From the NCBI GenBank assembly GCA_001643675.2, contig LSRY02000011.1, positions 868,001-932,000 on the forward strand: 64,000 nucleotides of DNA, written 5' to 3'. Shown here piece after piece: positions 11,825 through 22,083 of the stretch. The position numbers and the translations under genes were made by a program. Positions within the stretch are counted from its first letter, which is position 1, and every line of letters begins with the position of its first letter. The notes beneath the pieces were generated by a model. The model ran no database searches. It saw nothing but the letters and a program-made list of their open reading frames with translations, and was not told the origin of the DNA. This DNA comes from Monocercomonoides exilis PA203. Lineage: Eukaryota; Protista; Preaxostyla.

Positions 11825-12776
11825 TATATCTCGACAAGTTTAAATAATTAAATTATAATAATTCACACATTCATACATCAGTATATAACGCATCTAACCA
11901 TATTGAAATTTTTATTTGTAGTGTTGTATTAATGAAGAAATAAATAATTATTATTTTTGAAAATTTGACTTTTAATGAATTTTTCTATTTCAACTAAATG
12001 ATTTAGTTCATCTTTTACACATATAACTTATTTTTTCTTTGTTGTAAACTGTTCTGGTTATTTTTCATTTTCGACAATTTGCTCGTTAAGACGGAATGAA
12101 AATCAATCATTTTTGAAAAATCACAGTCAATGGGATAACTTAAAAAATATTTTTTGCAAAACACAAAAACATCCAAGTGAATTAAACACATGCAATAATA
12201 AATATGACAGTTATATAAAATTGCTTCATAGTGGAAATTTAAAAAAATTCCATTTTCATTTTGTTAAACACAATTTGGTAGAAAATTCAATGAAAATGAT
12301 CATTAAAATCATCAATAATGAAAACAATTTTTATTTAAGAAATAATTATAGAATAAATAAAGAATTCAACTATGAAGCAATTTTATATAACTGTCATATT
12401 TATTATTGCATGTGTTTAATTCACTTGGATGTTTTTGTGTTTTGCAAAAAATATTTTTTAAGTTATCCCATTGACTGTGATTTTTCAAAAATGATTGATT
12501 TTCATTCCGTCTTAACGAGCAAATTGTCGAAAATGAAAAATAACCAGAACAGTTTACAACAAAGAAAAAATAAGTTATATGTGTAAAAGATGAACTAAAT
12601 CATTTAGTTGAAATAGAAAAATTCATTAAAAGTCAAATTTTCAAAAATAATAATTATTTATTTCTTCATTAATACAACACTACAAATAAAAATTTCAATA
12701 TGGTTAGATGCGTTATATACTGATGTATGAATGTGTGAATTATTATAATTTAATTATTTAAACTTGTCGAGATATA
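11825..12776. mobile_element. Foldback / long-TIR non-autonomous DNA element (408-bp inverted arms, 136-bp spacer, probable TA target duplication)
   Basis: 11825-12232 (tatatctcgacaagttt...gcttcatagt) is the reverse complement of 12369-12776 (actatgaagc...aaacttgtcgagatata). Coordinate sums are equal at both ends (24601), so there is no net indel. No transposase inside. Confidence 0.9.
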
Positions 12777-14265
12777 TGAATTTTAATAAAAATTCCGAGT
12801 TTTTTACCATCTTCCGGGTATTTTACTCATTGTATATCGAGATAAAAATTGTGCGTTCAAAAATGATCTAATATTGTTATTGAATATGATTCCAGTTACT
12901 ATTTGGATTAAGTTTTCCGAAACGTTAAATTTCCTTCTTCATGTTTCACAATTTATGTCAAATTTTGTAAAACGATAATGACTTTCATAGAATATAAAAT
13001 TTTTTTGTAAACTGTTAAAGTGCAATATGGGAGGATATTTTTTGCTTTATGAATTTTGTTCCATTCTGCACATTAAACTATACTCCTCAATTTTGAAAAT
13101 TTTCACATGTTTTTTTGACACGAGAATGAAAAACTTATCATGAAAAGGTTGTGGAAAAAGTTTGAAACAAATTGTTGTTTTTTTCATAAATACAAGAATT
13201 TTGTTCCATATTTCGTCTCGCTTTTATGAAAAGAATCTTATTCATTAATATTAAACATGTTGTCAAATAATGATGAAATAATTGTTTAAAATTATGTTTG
13301 TGAATGGGAACAAAACGTACTATTCAAAAATAACACAAAGAAAGTTTTATTTCCAAAAAAAAGCAAGACAAAATGGATACAAAGCAATCAATAAAATTGT
13401 AATATTCATTTTCGACTCAAAATTCAAGTGATAAATAATTGCCTTTTTCATCAAAAAATCTATGATCAAACCATAATAATATTATTTCTCATAATTTCTA
13501 ATTAGGTTTTAGAGAGGCTATTGGTTTCAATGCCTTCACAACGAGTGAATTAGGGTATAATATAAATTAAAATATGAACCTAAACTGTTGAATAGGGTTT
13601 TATTTATCAAAAAAGATAAAAAAACTTGTATTTTGTTGATAAAGAATTTCAAAAATGGGTCACCAATTCAATTATTCGAATAAGACGAAATTTACCAGTA
13701 AAAATATCCCACATGGACTTATTACTTATTTTGATAACGAACATTCACGTTTTTACAAGCATTTTGAACAGTACGTTTTGCTCCCACTTACCATGCTTAA
13801 ACCTTCTCATTTTTTTTTCTCTTTTCTGTTTCTTTGTTTCTGACGAGTACTATTTTGAAAAATGGGTGAGGACTGTGACAAACAGTCTTATGATAAACAA
13901 AACCAAAAACAATCACATTTTAATCACAAGATTCGAACAACAACCGGAAGAAAAGAGAATCCATAAGTATTAATATTCTTGTTTTGATATTCTGTGATAT
14001 ACATTAACTAAAAAATTCAATAAATAACAGTTTTCTCAAAGTTGTTTGCAAAATCACAAAACTCTTAAAATGTGTATATATAATGAAATTCTATAAATGT
14101 CACAATATTGAAAAGAAAAAGCAAATGAGAAAATTTCCTTTGGAAAAGATTGCAAATTGTACAAATCATTCTTGTTCCGAATGAACGGAAATTAATGATC
14201 ACGTTTATGAATTGAACAACTTTGATCAATCTTTTTTTAAAACATTATGATTTTTCAATTGTTTT

Positions 14266-17200
14266 TCAATGCGCTTCAAAACTCACTGTGGGCTCTTGAT
14301 TGCTGTCTGGAATGTCTGTGTCTTCATCAACATCAACCGCATCGGAAATGGTGAATATCACAGCATCTTTCGGAAACCGCTGAATGAACTCTCTCTTGAG
14401 AACTGTGAGTTCAAGTCGTTTTGAGATGTCTTCTGAAATGCATGACCGGATGATCTCAGTCAAAGATGACGAATTGACCATCTCCAAATTTGGCCTCTCC
14501 CCTTTCGATATCTTATCTCCTGCCACCTCTGCCTCGTATTCTCCAAACGGGATATCCAGTGTCAGACACTCCCAAAGCATTATCCCAATCGAAAACACCA
14601 CCGACTTCTTTGTCGCTCCCATCTTCTTGTTCATCAGCAGCTCTGGTGCCTTCCACCTCAAACACTCTTTTTTGAATTCGTCCTCTTCCTCAAACGCAGA
14701 GGAGGGAAGAGAGTCACTTTTATCATCATCATCATCACTGGCAGATGTCACAACAGTTGATGAAGAGATGGATGACGAATCTGAATCATCTGAAGAGAAA
14801 TCCGAGTGCATCACAATGCAGATCACCATATGTTCGGAGAACAGAACAATATGCGGACTCAGATTGACCAGCGACTGAAGCGGAATTTCCATTTCATCAA
14901 ACGAGTGGAGAGCGAGATTTGCCACCCAGAACAAGATCTGAGCAGCTGTCACCTCCCTCTCCTGCAGAGTGCCAATTGCCATCTCTTTCTTCTCGTTCTT
15001 TCCATGAAGCAACATGAACAATGAATCCCTCAAGTCAACAATCAGCTTTTCATGAGGAGATGAGCAGGCCATTGCATCCACCAGATTCGACATTGATGAG
15101 GTGGTTGGACACAGATCCTCCCCTCGAACAAATGTTGAAACTGAATCAGTTGTTGAAGTGGATGAGATTGAAGGTGAAGGAGTTCTCTTCCTTATCTCTT
15201 CTTCCTCCTCCTTCTCATCCACTTTCTCCAGCATCCACTCAGGAATTTTGTCTGAGTCCTTCCCCAAAATGTATTCTGTTGATCCACTCTCACTCAATAA
15301 ATGCTCCGATGACTCTGAATGTCCCAAGCTTTTCTCATACACTCTCTTCTTGATCCTCTCTTCATTCTTCTTCTCAGCCTCCCTTTCGGCCCTTCTCCAC
15401 TGCTCCTCAGGTGATATCTCCATCGTTACCATCTCAATTAGTTTCGGATCTTTTCTAATATTATCATTCACAATCTCTCTCAGATCTTTATTCTCATTCT
15501 TTGCCCTTCTCCATCGAATTGCCAGAATAATAATGACTACAATCAGTACAACAACAATCACAATGCAAACAATCAACAACCAATACGATTTCCCTTCTTT
15601 TCCACCTTCGACTAATATTTCGTCCCCTTTTGATTCGGACTCGCTTTTGTTTTTTAGAATGAAAGAATGAGTTGAATATGGATTTTCAATATCCCCAAAC
15701 AAAATGTGTGCAAATACTTCTGCTTCAATGCTAACACTTGATAGTAGATTCGATGAAATAGTTTTATGAATTTCATTTTCAGATGTGAAATCATCTTCCT
15801 CAAATTCATAAGTTTCAATGGAATTGACACCATTGATCACTGCAACAATTTGAAACGAAAGATTACATGGAAGAAAAAGCGATCCAAGAAATATCAAGTT
15901 TACAGAATTATCAGCTTCTTGTGTCTGTATTGTATTCAACACTGGAATAAATAACGGCGATGAAATATCGGATAGCAAGCCTTCCAATTCACACCCTTTA
16001 TTTAGCACCCACATTGATGGGCTGCTTTTCACACCATCACCACCTTTTGGATTATTGATATTCAAATGGCAACCATCAGAACATATAACATTTCTTCGAA
16101 CAGAATGAAATCTGTCAACAAAAGGATTGTTATTCTCGAACCATCCTTCGCTTATTAGTATCCATCCTCCGCTAACTGATAACCCTCCTTTGCTGCAATT
16201 AGAAATCGAAGTGCCAGTCATTTTCATCGATGTGTCAACAATATCAACAAATGAACCGCTCCACTTGCAAACATCTTCATTAACTGCATCATTGCTTTCA
16301 TTGAAATTGATGCCTCCATTGAAAATACATGAAGAAATATTCACATCCAAACAAGAATTTACACTCATCGTGCTTCCTTTTTCACTCGAAGATTTACAGT
16401 TATCGAACACGCTATTACACAACTGGAAGGGGGCCGCTACTGATTGAATGAAAATTGTGGATCCAATATTTGAGCTACAACTGGTGTTCATGAATCTTGA
16501 GTCAGAAATCAAAATTGTGTGCGCTTCATTACTTAAAGGCAATTCGTTGCCTCTTATTAACAACAGATTGTTATCTGCTGTCACATTATTGATCAACAGT
16601 TTTTCAATGCTAACATCTCTTTCACATTTTTCAATGGAAATCAAACTATTACAATCAAATACCATATCAGATATTGAAATATTATTCATTATTAACTCAA
16701 CATTGCTGATGTTAATCAAACTGAATGGAATCGAGACATCGCTCAACTCATTTTCGTAACCAAATAGACAATCCTCAATAATCAACATATCTTCAGTTGC
16801 ACTTATAAATGAGATATATGGAGAAGATTTTGATGAAGAAAATAAAAATGAAAGAAGATGCATTTCACTTGCACCAGAACACACAACAACTGCATTCCCA
16901 TTGATTCTTTGAGACAAACAAACACGTATCTGAGCAACATTTCGATTTCGAGAAGTGACAACAACTCCTTTCAGCTCAACTTCTTGTTCAATTGAACTTG
17001 ATTTATCGATAATAAGTCTGCTTTCAAAAACATCCGTTAAATGATACAGTCCATATCCAATTGAAATGCACGGCAAAACTCTTGTTCCACAATTTCTTGA
17101 ATCTTCACCTTTGTTTCCCGCATCTGAGGAAACAATGATTGTGTCTGATTGATATATCAAAATAAAGTTCAATAAATCGACTGGCTCCGATGAAAAATCG

Positions 17201-20200
17201 CTTCTGTCAATACCAAACAACGCGTTTTGCCGAATAAAACTCTCATTGAAGTGAATTTTGAAATGTTTCTCGTTTATTTGAGTCTCTAAACTTTCACACT
17301 CCACAAAGACATCTCGGCCAACAAAAGCCGTATTAGCATCAAATTTCGTTGGCTCTATTAAAAAGTCCAAATCAGATTTCAAATTAGTTCTCAGGAATAA
17401 TCCTCCACCCATTCCATTTGTGGTGGAGCAACCGCTCTTTTCAATCGTGCATTGCGTAAATTGCAGGCATCCATTCGCTTCCAGCTCGATCATTATCGTT
17501 CCTCCTTTCTGATTTTTTGTTGACTGGCAACCTGAAAATACACTCTTGTTAAGCAAAACATCAATATTTGTCGTATCTTTGAAACTCATCGCTCGGACTT
17601 CATCTTTTAATCCATTCAGCGCCTCAAACATAGAATCTGTCACAGTTATTCGTGCTCCTTCGCTGTTTCCACTCCTTTCATTTGAGTGTGAAGTCTTAAA
17701 GATACTCCCGCCACTGATATTGCATGATCTAACCTCAATGTCCGTTATCAAAACTTCTTTGAAATCATTAACAACAATCATGCTCCTTCCAATGTTTATT
17801 GATTCAACGTTCAATTCATTTATGTCAAGTCTTCCGCCATCTATTCGCACAAATGATGCACTTAGAGGGGCTTCTGGAGTTGACAAAGAATCAAATTTGC
17901 AGTGTGCCAGTCTCAAAAGCCCATTTTGACATAACAGCAAAATATTATTCAAACTCTGGTAGTTTTCTTTGGCTTGAATAACAATTTCACTAAATGAAAG
18001 ATCTTTTTCACTTGTAATTGTTGGATTGTCTCTAACAGGATCCAAATTCTCAAACATCAAAACAGCCATTTCTGCTCGATCCAAATCATTTGAGTTCGAT
18101 CTCACAGAAAAGCCAGAAAGATCAAACAGATCACTAACAAAACAGGATTCACAAATAATAATCGTCTTATTCACTCCATTCAAATCAATCTGTTTCATTC
18201 CTCTCCATAATGTTCGACACGGATCATCCTCTGCTCCGCACCTCAACACATCTAATCCTCCTGCAGACACATGAATCTCATTGCTTGCGTATTGAATAAG
18301 AAATCGGAAGAGATCTGTATTTGCAAAATTATCATCGCTTCCCTCAAATAACGTGCTGTCATCTTTCATTTTACTATAATCAAAGACAAACGAATCCTTT
18401 GTGACGCTCTTATTCAAATCGTTGGCAAGCAAAAACAAGTTTTCCCCAAACTCTGCAGAATTGTGTTCGAATGTTGGCTCAGATATTACAAATTTAGCTT
18501 CTGGATGTGTAACATCAAGCAGCAATCCTCCTCCTTTGCCATTTTTTGATTCCCCTTCCACAATTCCCGGAGCACTGCATGATATGAAACTGCTTTTATC
18601 TACTTCTATTTTGCATCCTTTTTCAAAAATTCCGTATATACCTCCTCCTCCGCTTTGCTCTTCATCAACTGCACACAGGTTAAATCTACATTCAACACAG
18701 CTGACAATTGGCACATCCCCATCATTGCATTTCAGACAGATTCCACTTCCATTCCCTGTCTGCCTTGTCACTGATGACATATTCGTGCTTTTCACTTTCA
18801 AATCATTTCCACCTTTCCACATAATTATTGCACAATCTCTTCCTTCGAACGATTCAAAAGTGCAGTTTTGTACAGTCATTGCCCCCTTCTGCTCTCCGAT
18901 AATCAAACTCTTGTCACTGCCACTCGTTTTTGTCATGTTAATTCCATCCAATATTGCATCAGATCTCTCTCCAATTAATTGCACAAAAGAAGAGTCAAAT
19001 GACAATTCTGTCATCAAAAAGTTCGTTATATTGAGTTGCCCTTCGACAACACTGCAAAATATCGACTGAAATACAACTTCCGATGAGATCTTTCCAAGTC
19101 CACAGTCGTGAAGTTTTAGTACGCTCTTCGAACAGCATAGAAAAGGCTTGCCATCTGGTAGTGTTGAAGGAAGCTGGAATGTGATGTTGGAGAAATCTGC
19201 ATTAATTCTTGTTTCAATAAATCCATTCACAGGCGACGAATCATCACCAACTACTGATATCAATATACCCTTCGTTTCAACAGAAATCTCACAATCTCTG
19301 GTTTCCAAAACTGATGAACGATCAAACTTAAAAGGAGAAACAATTTTGATTTTTCTATCAAATGAACTGCAATTGGTTTTTTCCGCATATTCAATGGTGC
19401 AACATGGAGAAATAGTAAATCCGCATCGTATATGATCGACTCCATCTCTTCCACTCACAACCACAACAGAAGGCAGCGGTTCCCACAGCAGAATAAGAGG
19501 AACTGCAGCTCCAATCCCGCTGCTTTCAAACCCCATCAGCTCATCCAACGAAGTTTCATTTTTCGGAAATGCAAATTTTGATGCTAAGGACACTTCTTCC
19601 AATTTTGATCCAACAACAAATACGTTCTTGCCGAATGTTGCAGAATTTCTTGAAAAACCAATCGATGATAGAACAAAATCACTTCCTCCCTTCCTGCAGT
19701 CCAGCATTATTCCTCCTCCAGCTCCCCATTCACTTTCCCCATTTTCTGTGGAGCACGAGCAAATTGAAAATTCACCATTGCTCAAATTCGTGCCACTAAT
19801 CTCCAGTTGACTTCCACTTTTCATATCTGCTTTTATTGCTCCTCCATTCCCATCTGCACATAAACACTTCTCAATTGTAAGATCACTCAATTGCATATTC
19901 TCACCATCTTCAACCACTATTTCGAAAACAGACCCATTCCCAGCATTTCGTTTAATTTCTGAAAACGATGTTCCGTTTATTTCCAAATTTCCAACACAAG
20001 CAGTCTGAATCAGCGAATTGCGCAGAAGATAAATTTTTTGGAATTTGCAGTTGTCAATTTTTGTAATCCCACTTCTCAGATCCATGAATGGAACTGAAAA
20101 CATCGTTGATGGAACCTCTGAATTTCCTTTTATTTCACAATGCGAGAATTTAGCACTTCCTTCATCAAGAATTGCTAGAAGGCTTCTATCAGATGATGTT

Positions 20201-22083
20201 TCCGCTGAGTGGACGAGTGAAAATCGAACGACTTCAAGTGTTCCGCCTCCAACAACAAATAGAGCAAGATTTTCATGAACATTATGCGACGTTAAGAATG
20301 AATTGTCAATCCCATCGCCAATTAGGTTCATTTCAAACGATCCAACATTGATGCTGCCTTCTTCATATTCCCCTTTGCAAACAGTAATCTTTTGACTCAA
20401 TCTTTTGTTCAAACAAAATGACACTGTTTTAAATGGACGAGTCCTATCCCCCCATCCATCCAGATCTTTTCCTCTTGGAGAACTGACAAAGAACTCTGAA
20501 AAAGAACCACTTGAAGTTGGAGGATCATGAAGCCATTTATCTTTGTTTGTTTCTCCATCAGTTGCACGAGGTTTATTGCTTGTCGAATAGCACTGAACAA
20601 CATCTTCATCTCTGATTTTTCCGATCCAATTTTCAAAAAGTGTGATATCTCTTCCATATTCTTGTTCGGTTGCTGTATTATTTGAAAAGAAACAATATAA
20701 AATTTTTGAACCAAACGAAATCTCATTATCCTCACGGTTAAAATTTATGGCTCCTCCATCACCAGCAAAACAATTGTGTAAATAACACTCAAGTATTTCA
20801 ATAAATCCTTTTCCCGAATAAACTTCCAAACCTCCATTCAATATTGTTCCATTGCAATGATGAATCAAACATGATTGGATGACAGTTTTAATTGTGCTAT
20901 CAATCTCCATTCCAGCATAATGCTTTGAAGTGCAATTTTCCGCAATGCAGGATCTTATTTGCATCTTTCCTACACTTCGAAAATAACATCCACCACAACA
21001 ATATGAAGAATATGAGTGTGTGTAATTGGTATCTTGACTATTTGCAGCTTCTAGTTCATTTGCACAAATGCATCCACCAATCAAATGATCAAATGAATTA
21101 TTTGCTACGCATTCATTAAAATGACATCTCAAAATTCCACACGTTGTTGACAAACCACTTATACTTAGTGCACCTCCATTTTCATTTGATAAGCATTTGA
21201 AGAAACAATCAGTAAATGACACATTCCCAGATGAAAATGTTTGTTTTTCAAAAAACGATCTGTTCATTTTTGAATTTCGATGGTTCAAACAGGAGTTAAA
21301 CGAAGAGTTGAGCATCGCAAACGAATCAGAAGAAGGAAAGATAATTGCACCATAATATGGATTATCACAGAAAATAAACATGCATCCTTCAACTTTAGCA
21401 TTTCCAACTTTTCCATCTCTTTGAAGTGCTGTTTCTTTGCTGACGCCTTGTGGTGCTTGAGTAATGTTATTGAATACACTTTGAGAAATATCTGCCAACG
21501 AAGCAACTCCAGAAAACAGCATTGAAGCAGATTCTACAGTAACAGATGTGAAAATACAGCTACGGACAGACAGAAAAGAATTTCCAGTCATTTCAACCAA
21601 CGGATAAATCTGTTTCATTTTTTGGATGATTGCTTGAATTGTCACGTTTGATAAAACAAGAGTGCCAGATGATTCAATAAAACTTCTTATTGTCAAGTCC
21701 TCTCGATAAATGTCACAATTAGCAAGAGATAACGAAGAATAAATGTCAACTTTTGAAAATATCGATTTCTCACCCCAGTTGCAATTCATATTCAATAAGT
21801 TCAGTGTTGAGTTTTCAAGTTTCAAAAGTGAAGAACAATCATTCGTCAAAGCTCCAAGAAGTTCTGCTTTGTTTATTACACATTTTTGTTGTTGCTCAAA
21901 TGTTTCAAACAAGCAATTACTAACTATTGATTTTCTGTTGAAATCATTTGTATTTTTTGGCAATTCAGATACTTCGAATGCTTTGCTTTCGGAGAAATCA
22001 TAATTCTTCGCATTGACTTCTCTGCTAATTTCGTTGATGCATAAATGAAGACACAAAGGTATTGTTATTAAGAGAAATTTCAT
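14266..22083 (-). CDS. Giant single-pass receptor-like protein: signal peptide, beta-helix (pectin-lyase/Pmp-like GGAI) repeats, TM helix, degenerate TKL-type pseudokinase
   Basis: Intronless ~2,605 aa from ATG 22083 (MKFLLITIPLCLHLC). Repeated GGA[IL]/GGG[IL] and FxxNxAxxGxx[VIL]F motifs. TM YWLLIVCIVIVVVLIVVIIILAIRW followed by RRAK. C-terminal RWKAPELL, VVFSIGIMLWECLTLDIPF, GERP and CISEDISKR (kinase subdomains VIII-XI) without GxGxxG, HRD or DFG. Confidence 0.85.
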   Translation of the reverse strand: MKFLLITIPLCLHLCINEISREVNAKNYDFSESKAFEVSELPKNTNDFNRKSIVSNCLFETFEQQQKCVINKAELLGALTNDCSSLLKLENSTLNLLNMNCNWGEKSIFSKVDIYSSLSLANCDIYREDLTIRSFIESSGTLVLSNVTIQAIIQKMKQIYPLVEMTGNSFLSVRSCIFTSVTVESASMLFSGVASLADISQSVFNNITQAPQGVSKETALQRDGKVGNAKVEGCMFIFCDNPYYGAIIFPSSDSFAMLNSSFNSCLNHRNSKMNRSFFEKQTFSSGNVSFTDCFFKCLSNENGGALSISGLSTTCGILRCHFNECVANNSFDHLIGGCICANELEAANSQDTNYTHSYSSYCCGGCYFRSVGKMQIRSCIAENCTSKHYAGMEIDSTIKTVIQSCLIHHCNGTILNGGLEVYSGKGFIEILECYLHNCFAGDGGAINFNREDNEISFGSKILYCFFSNNTATEQEYGRDITLFENWIGKIRDEDVVQCYSTSNKPRATDGETNKDKWLHDPPTSSGSFSEFFVSSPRGKDLDGWGDRTRPFKTVSFCLNKRLSQKITVCKGEYEEGSINVGSFEMNLIGDGIDNSFLTSHNVHENLALFVVGGGTLEVVRFSLVHSAETSSDRSLLAILDEGSAKFSHCEIKGNSEVPSTMFSVPFMDLRSGITKIDNCKFQKIYLLRNSLIQTACVGNLEINGTSFSEIKRNAGNGSVFEIVVEDGENMQLSDLTIEKCLCADGNGGAIKADMKSGSQLEISGTNLSNGEFSICSCSTENGESEWGAGGGIMLDCRKGGSDFVLSSIGFSRNSATFGKNVFVVGSKLEEVSLASKFAFPKNETSLDELMGFESSGIGAAVPLILLWEPLPSVVVVSGRDGVDHIRCGFTISPCCTIEYAEKTNCSSFDRKIKIVSPFKFDRSSVLETRDCEISVETKGILISVVGDDSSPVNGFIETRINADFSNITFQLPSTLPDGKPFLCCSKSVLKLHDCGLGKISSEVVFQSIFCSVVEGQLNITNFLMTELSFDSSFVQLIGERSDAILDGINMTKTSGSDKSLIIGEQKGAMTVQNCTFESFEGRDCAIIMWKGGNDLKVKSTNMSSVTRQTGNGSGICLKCNDGDVPIVSCVECRFNLCAVDEEQSGGGGIYGIFEKGCKIEVDKSSFISCSAPGIVEGESKNGKGGGLLLDVTHPEAKFVISEPTFEHNSAEFGENLFLLANDLNKSVTKDSFVFDYSKMKDDSTLFEGSDDNFANTDLFRFLIQYASNEIHVSAGGLDVLRCGAEDDPCRTLWRGMKQIDLNGVNKTIIICESCFVSDLFDLSGFSVRSNSNDLDRAEMAVLMFENLDPVRDNPTITSEKDLSFSEIVIQAKENYQSLNNILLLCQNGLLRLAHCKFDSLSTPEAPLSASFVRIDGGRLDINELNVESINIGRSMIVVNDFKEVLITDIEVRSCNISGGSIFKTSHSNERSGNSEGARITVTDSMFEALNGLKDEVRAMSFKDTTNIDVLLNKSVFSGCQSTKNQKGGTIMIELEANGCLQFTQCTIEKSGCSTTNGMGGGLFLRTNLKSDLDFLIEPTKFDANTAFVGRDVFVECESLETQINEKHFKIHFNESFIRQNALFGIDRSDFSSEPVDLLNFILIYQSDTIIVSSDAGNKGEDSRNCGTRVLPCISIGYGLYHLTDVFESRLIIDKSSSIEQEVELKGVVVTSRNRNVAQIRVCLSQRINGNAVVVCSGASEMHLLSFLFSSSKSSPYISFISATEDMLIIEDCLFGYENELSDVSIPFSLINISNVELIMNNISISDMVFDCNSLISIEKCERDVSIEKLLINNVTADNNLLLIRGNELPLSNEAHTILISDSRFMNTSCSSNIGSTIFIQSVAAPFQLCNSVFDNCKSSSEKGSTMSVNSCLDVNISSCIFNGGINFNESNDAVNEDVCKWSGSFVDIVDTSMKMTGTSISNCSKGGLSVSGGWILISEGWFENNNPFVDRFHSVRRNVICSDGCHLNINNPKGGDGVKSSPSMWVLNKGCELEGLLSDISSPLFIPVLNTIQTQEADNSVNLIFLGSLFLPCNLSFQIVAVINGVNSIETYEFEEDDFTSENEIHKTISSNLLSSVSIEAEVFAHILFGDIENPYSTHSFILKNKSESESKGDEILVEGGKEGKSYWLLIVCIVIVVVLIVVIIILAIRWRRAKNENKDLREIVNDNIRKDPKLIEMVTMEISPEEQWRRAEREAEKKNEERIKKRVYEKSLGHSESSEHLLSESGSTEYILGKDSDKIPEWMLEKVDEKEEEEEIRKRTPSPSISSTSTTDSVSTFVRGEDLCPTTSSMSNLVDAMACSSPHEKLIVDLRDSLFMLLHGKNEKKEMAIGTLQEREVTAAQILFWVANLALHSFDEMEIPLQSLVNLSPHIVLFSEHMVICIVMHSDFSSDDSDSSSISSSTVVTSASDDDDDKSDSLPSSAFEEEDEFKKECLRWKAPELLMNKKMGATKKSVVFSIGIMLWECLTLDIPFGEYEAEVAGDKISKGERPNLEMVNSSSLTEIIRSCISEDISKRLELTVLKREFIQRFPKDAVIFTISDAVDVDEDTDIPDSNQEPTVSFEAH

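Noticed and set aside
12113-12586. 157-aa ORF across the palindrome centre
   Set aside because: TTG start, N/K/I/F-rich AT-drift composition, no motifs; a by-product of the foldback element.
13626-13860. EFQKWVTNSII...YFDNEHSR, faint resemblance to a DDE_1 transposase segment
   Set aside because: Too degenerate; the downstream LPxxTxHxxQPLD motif is absent.
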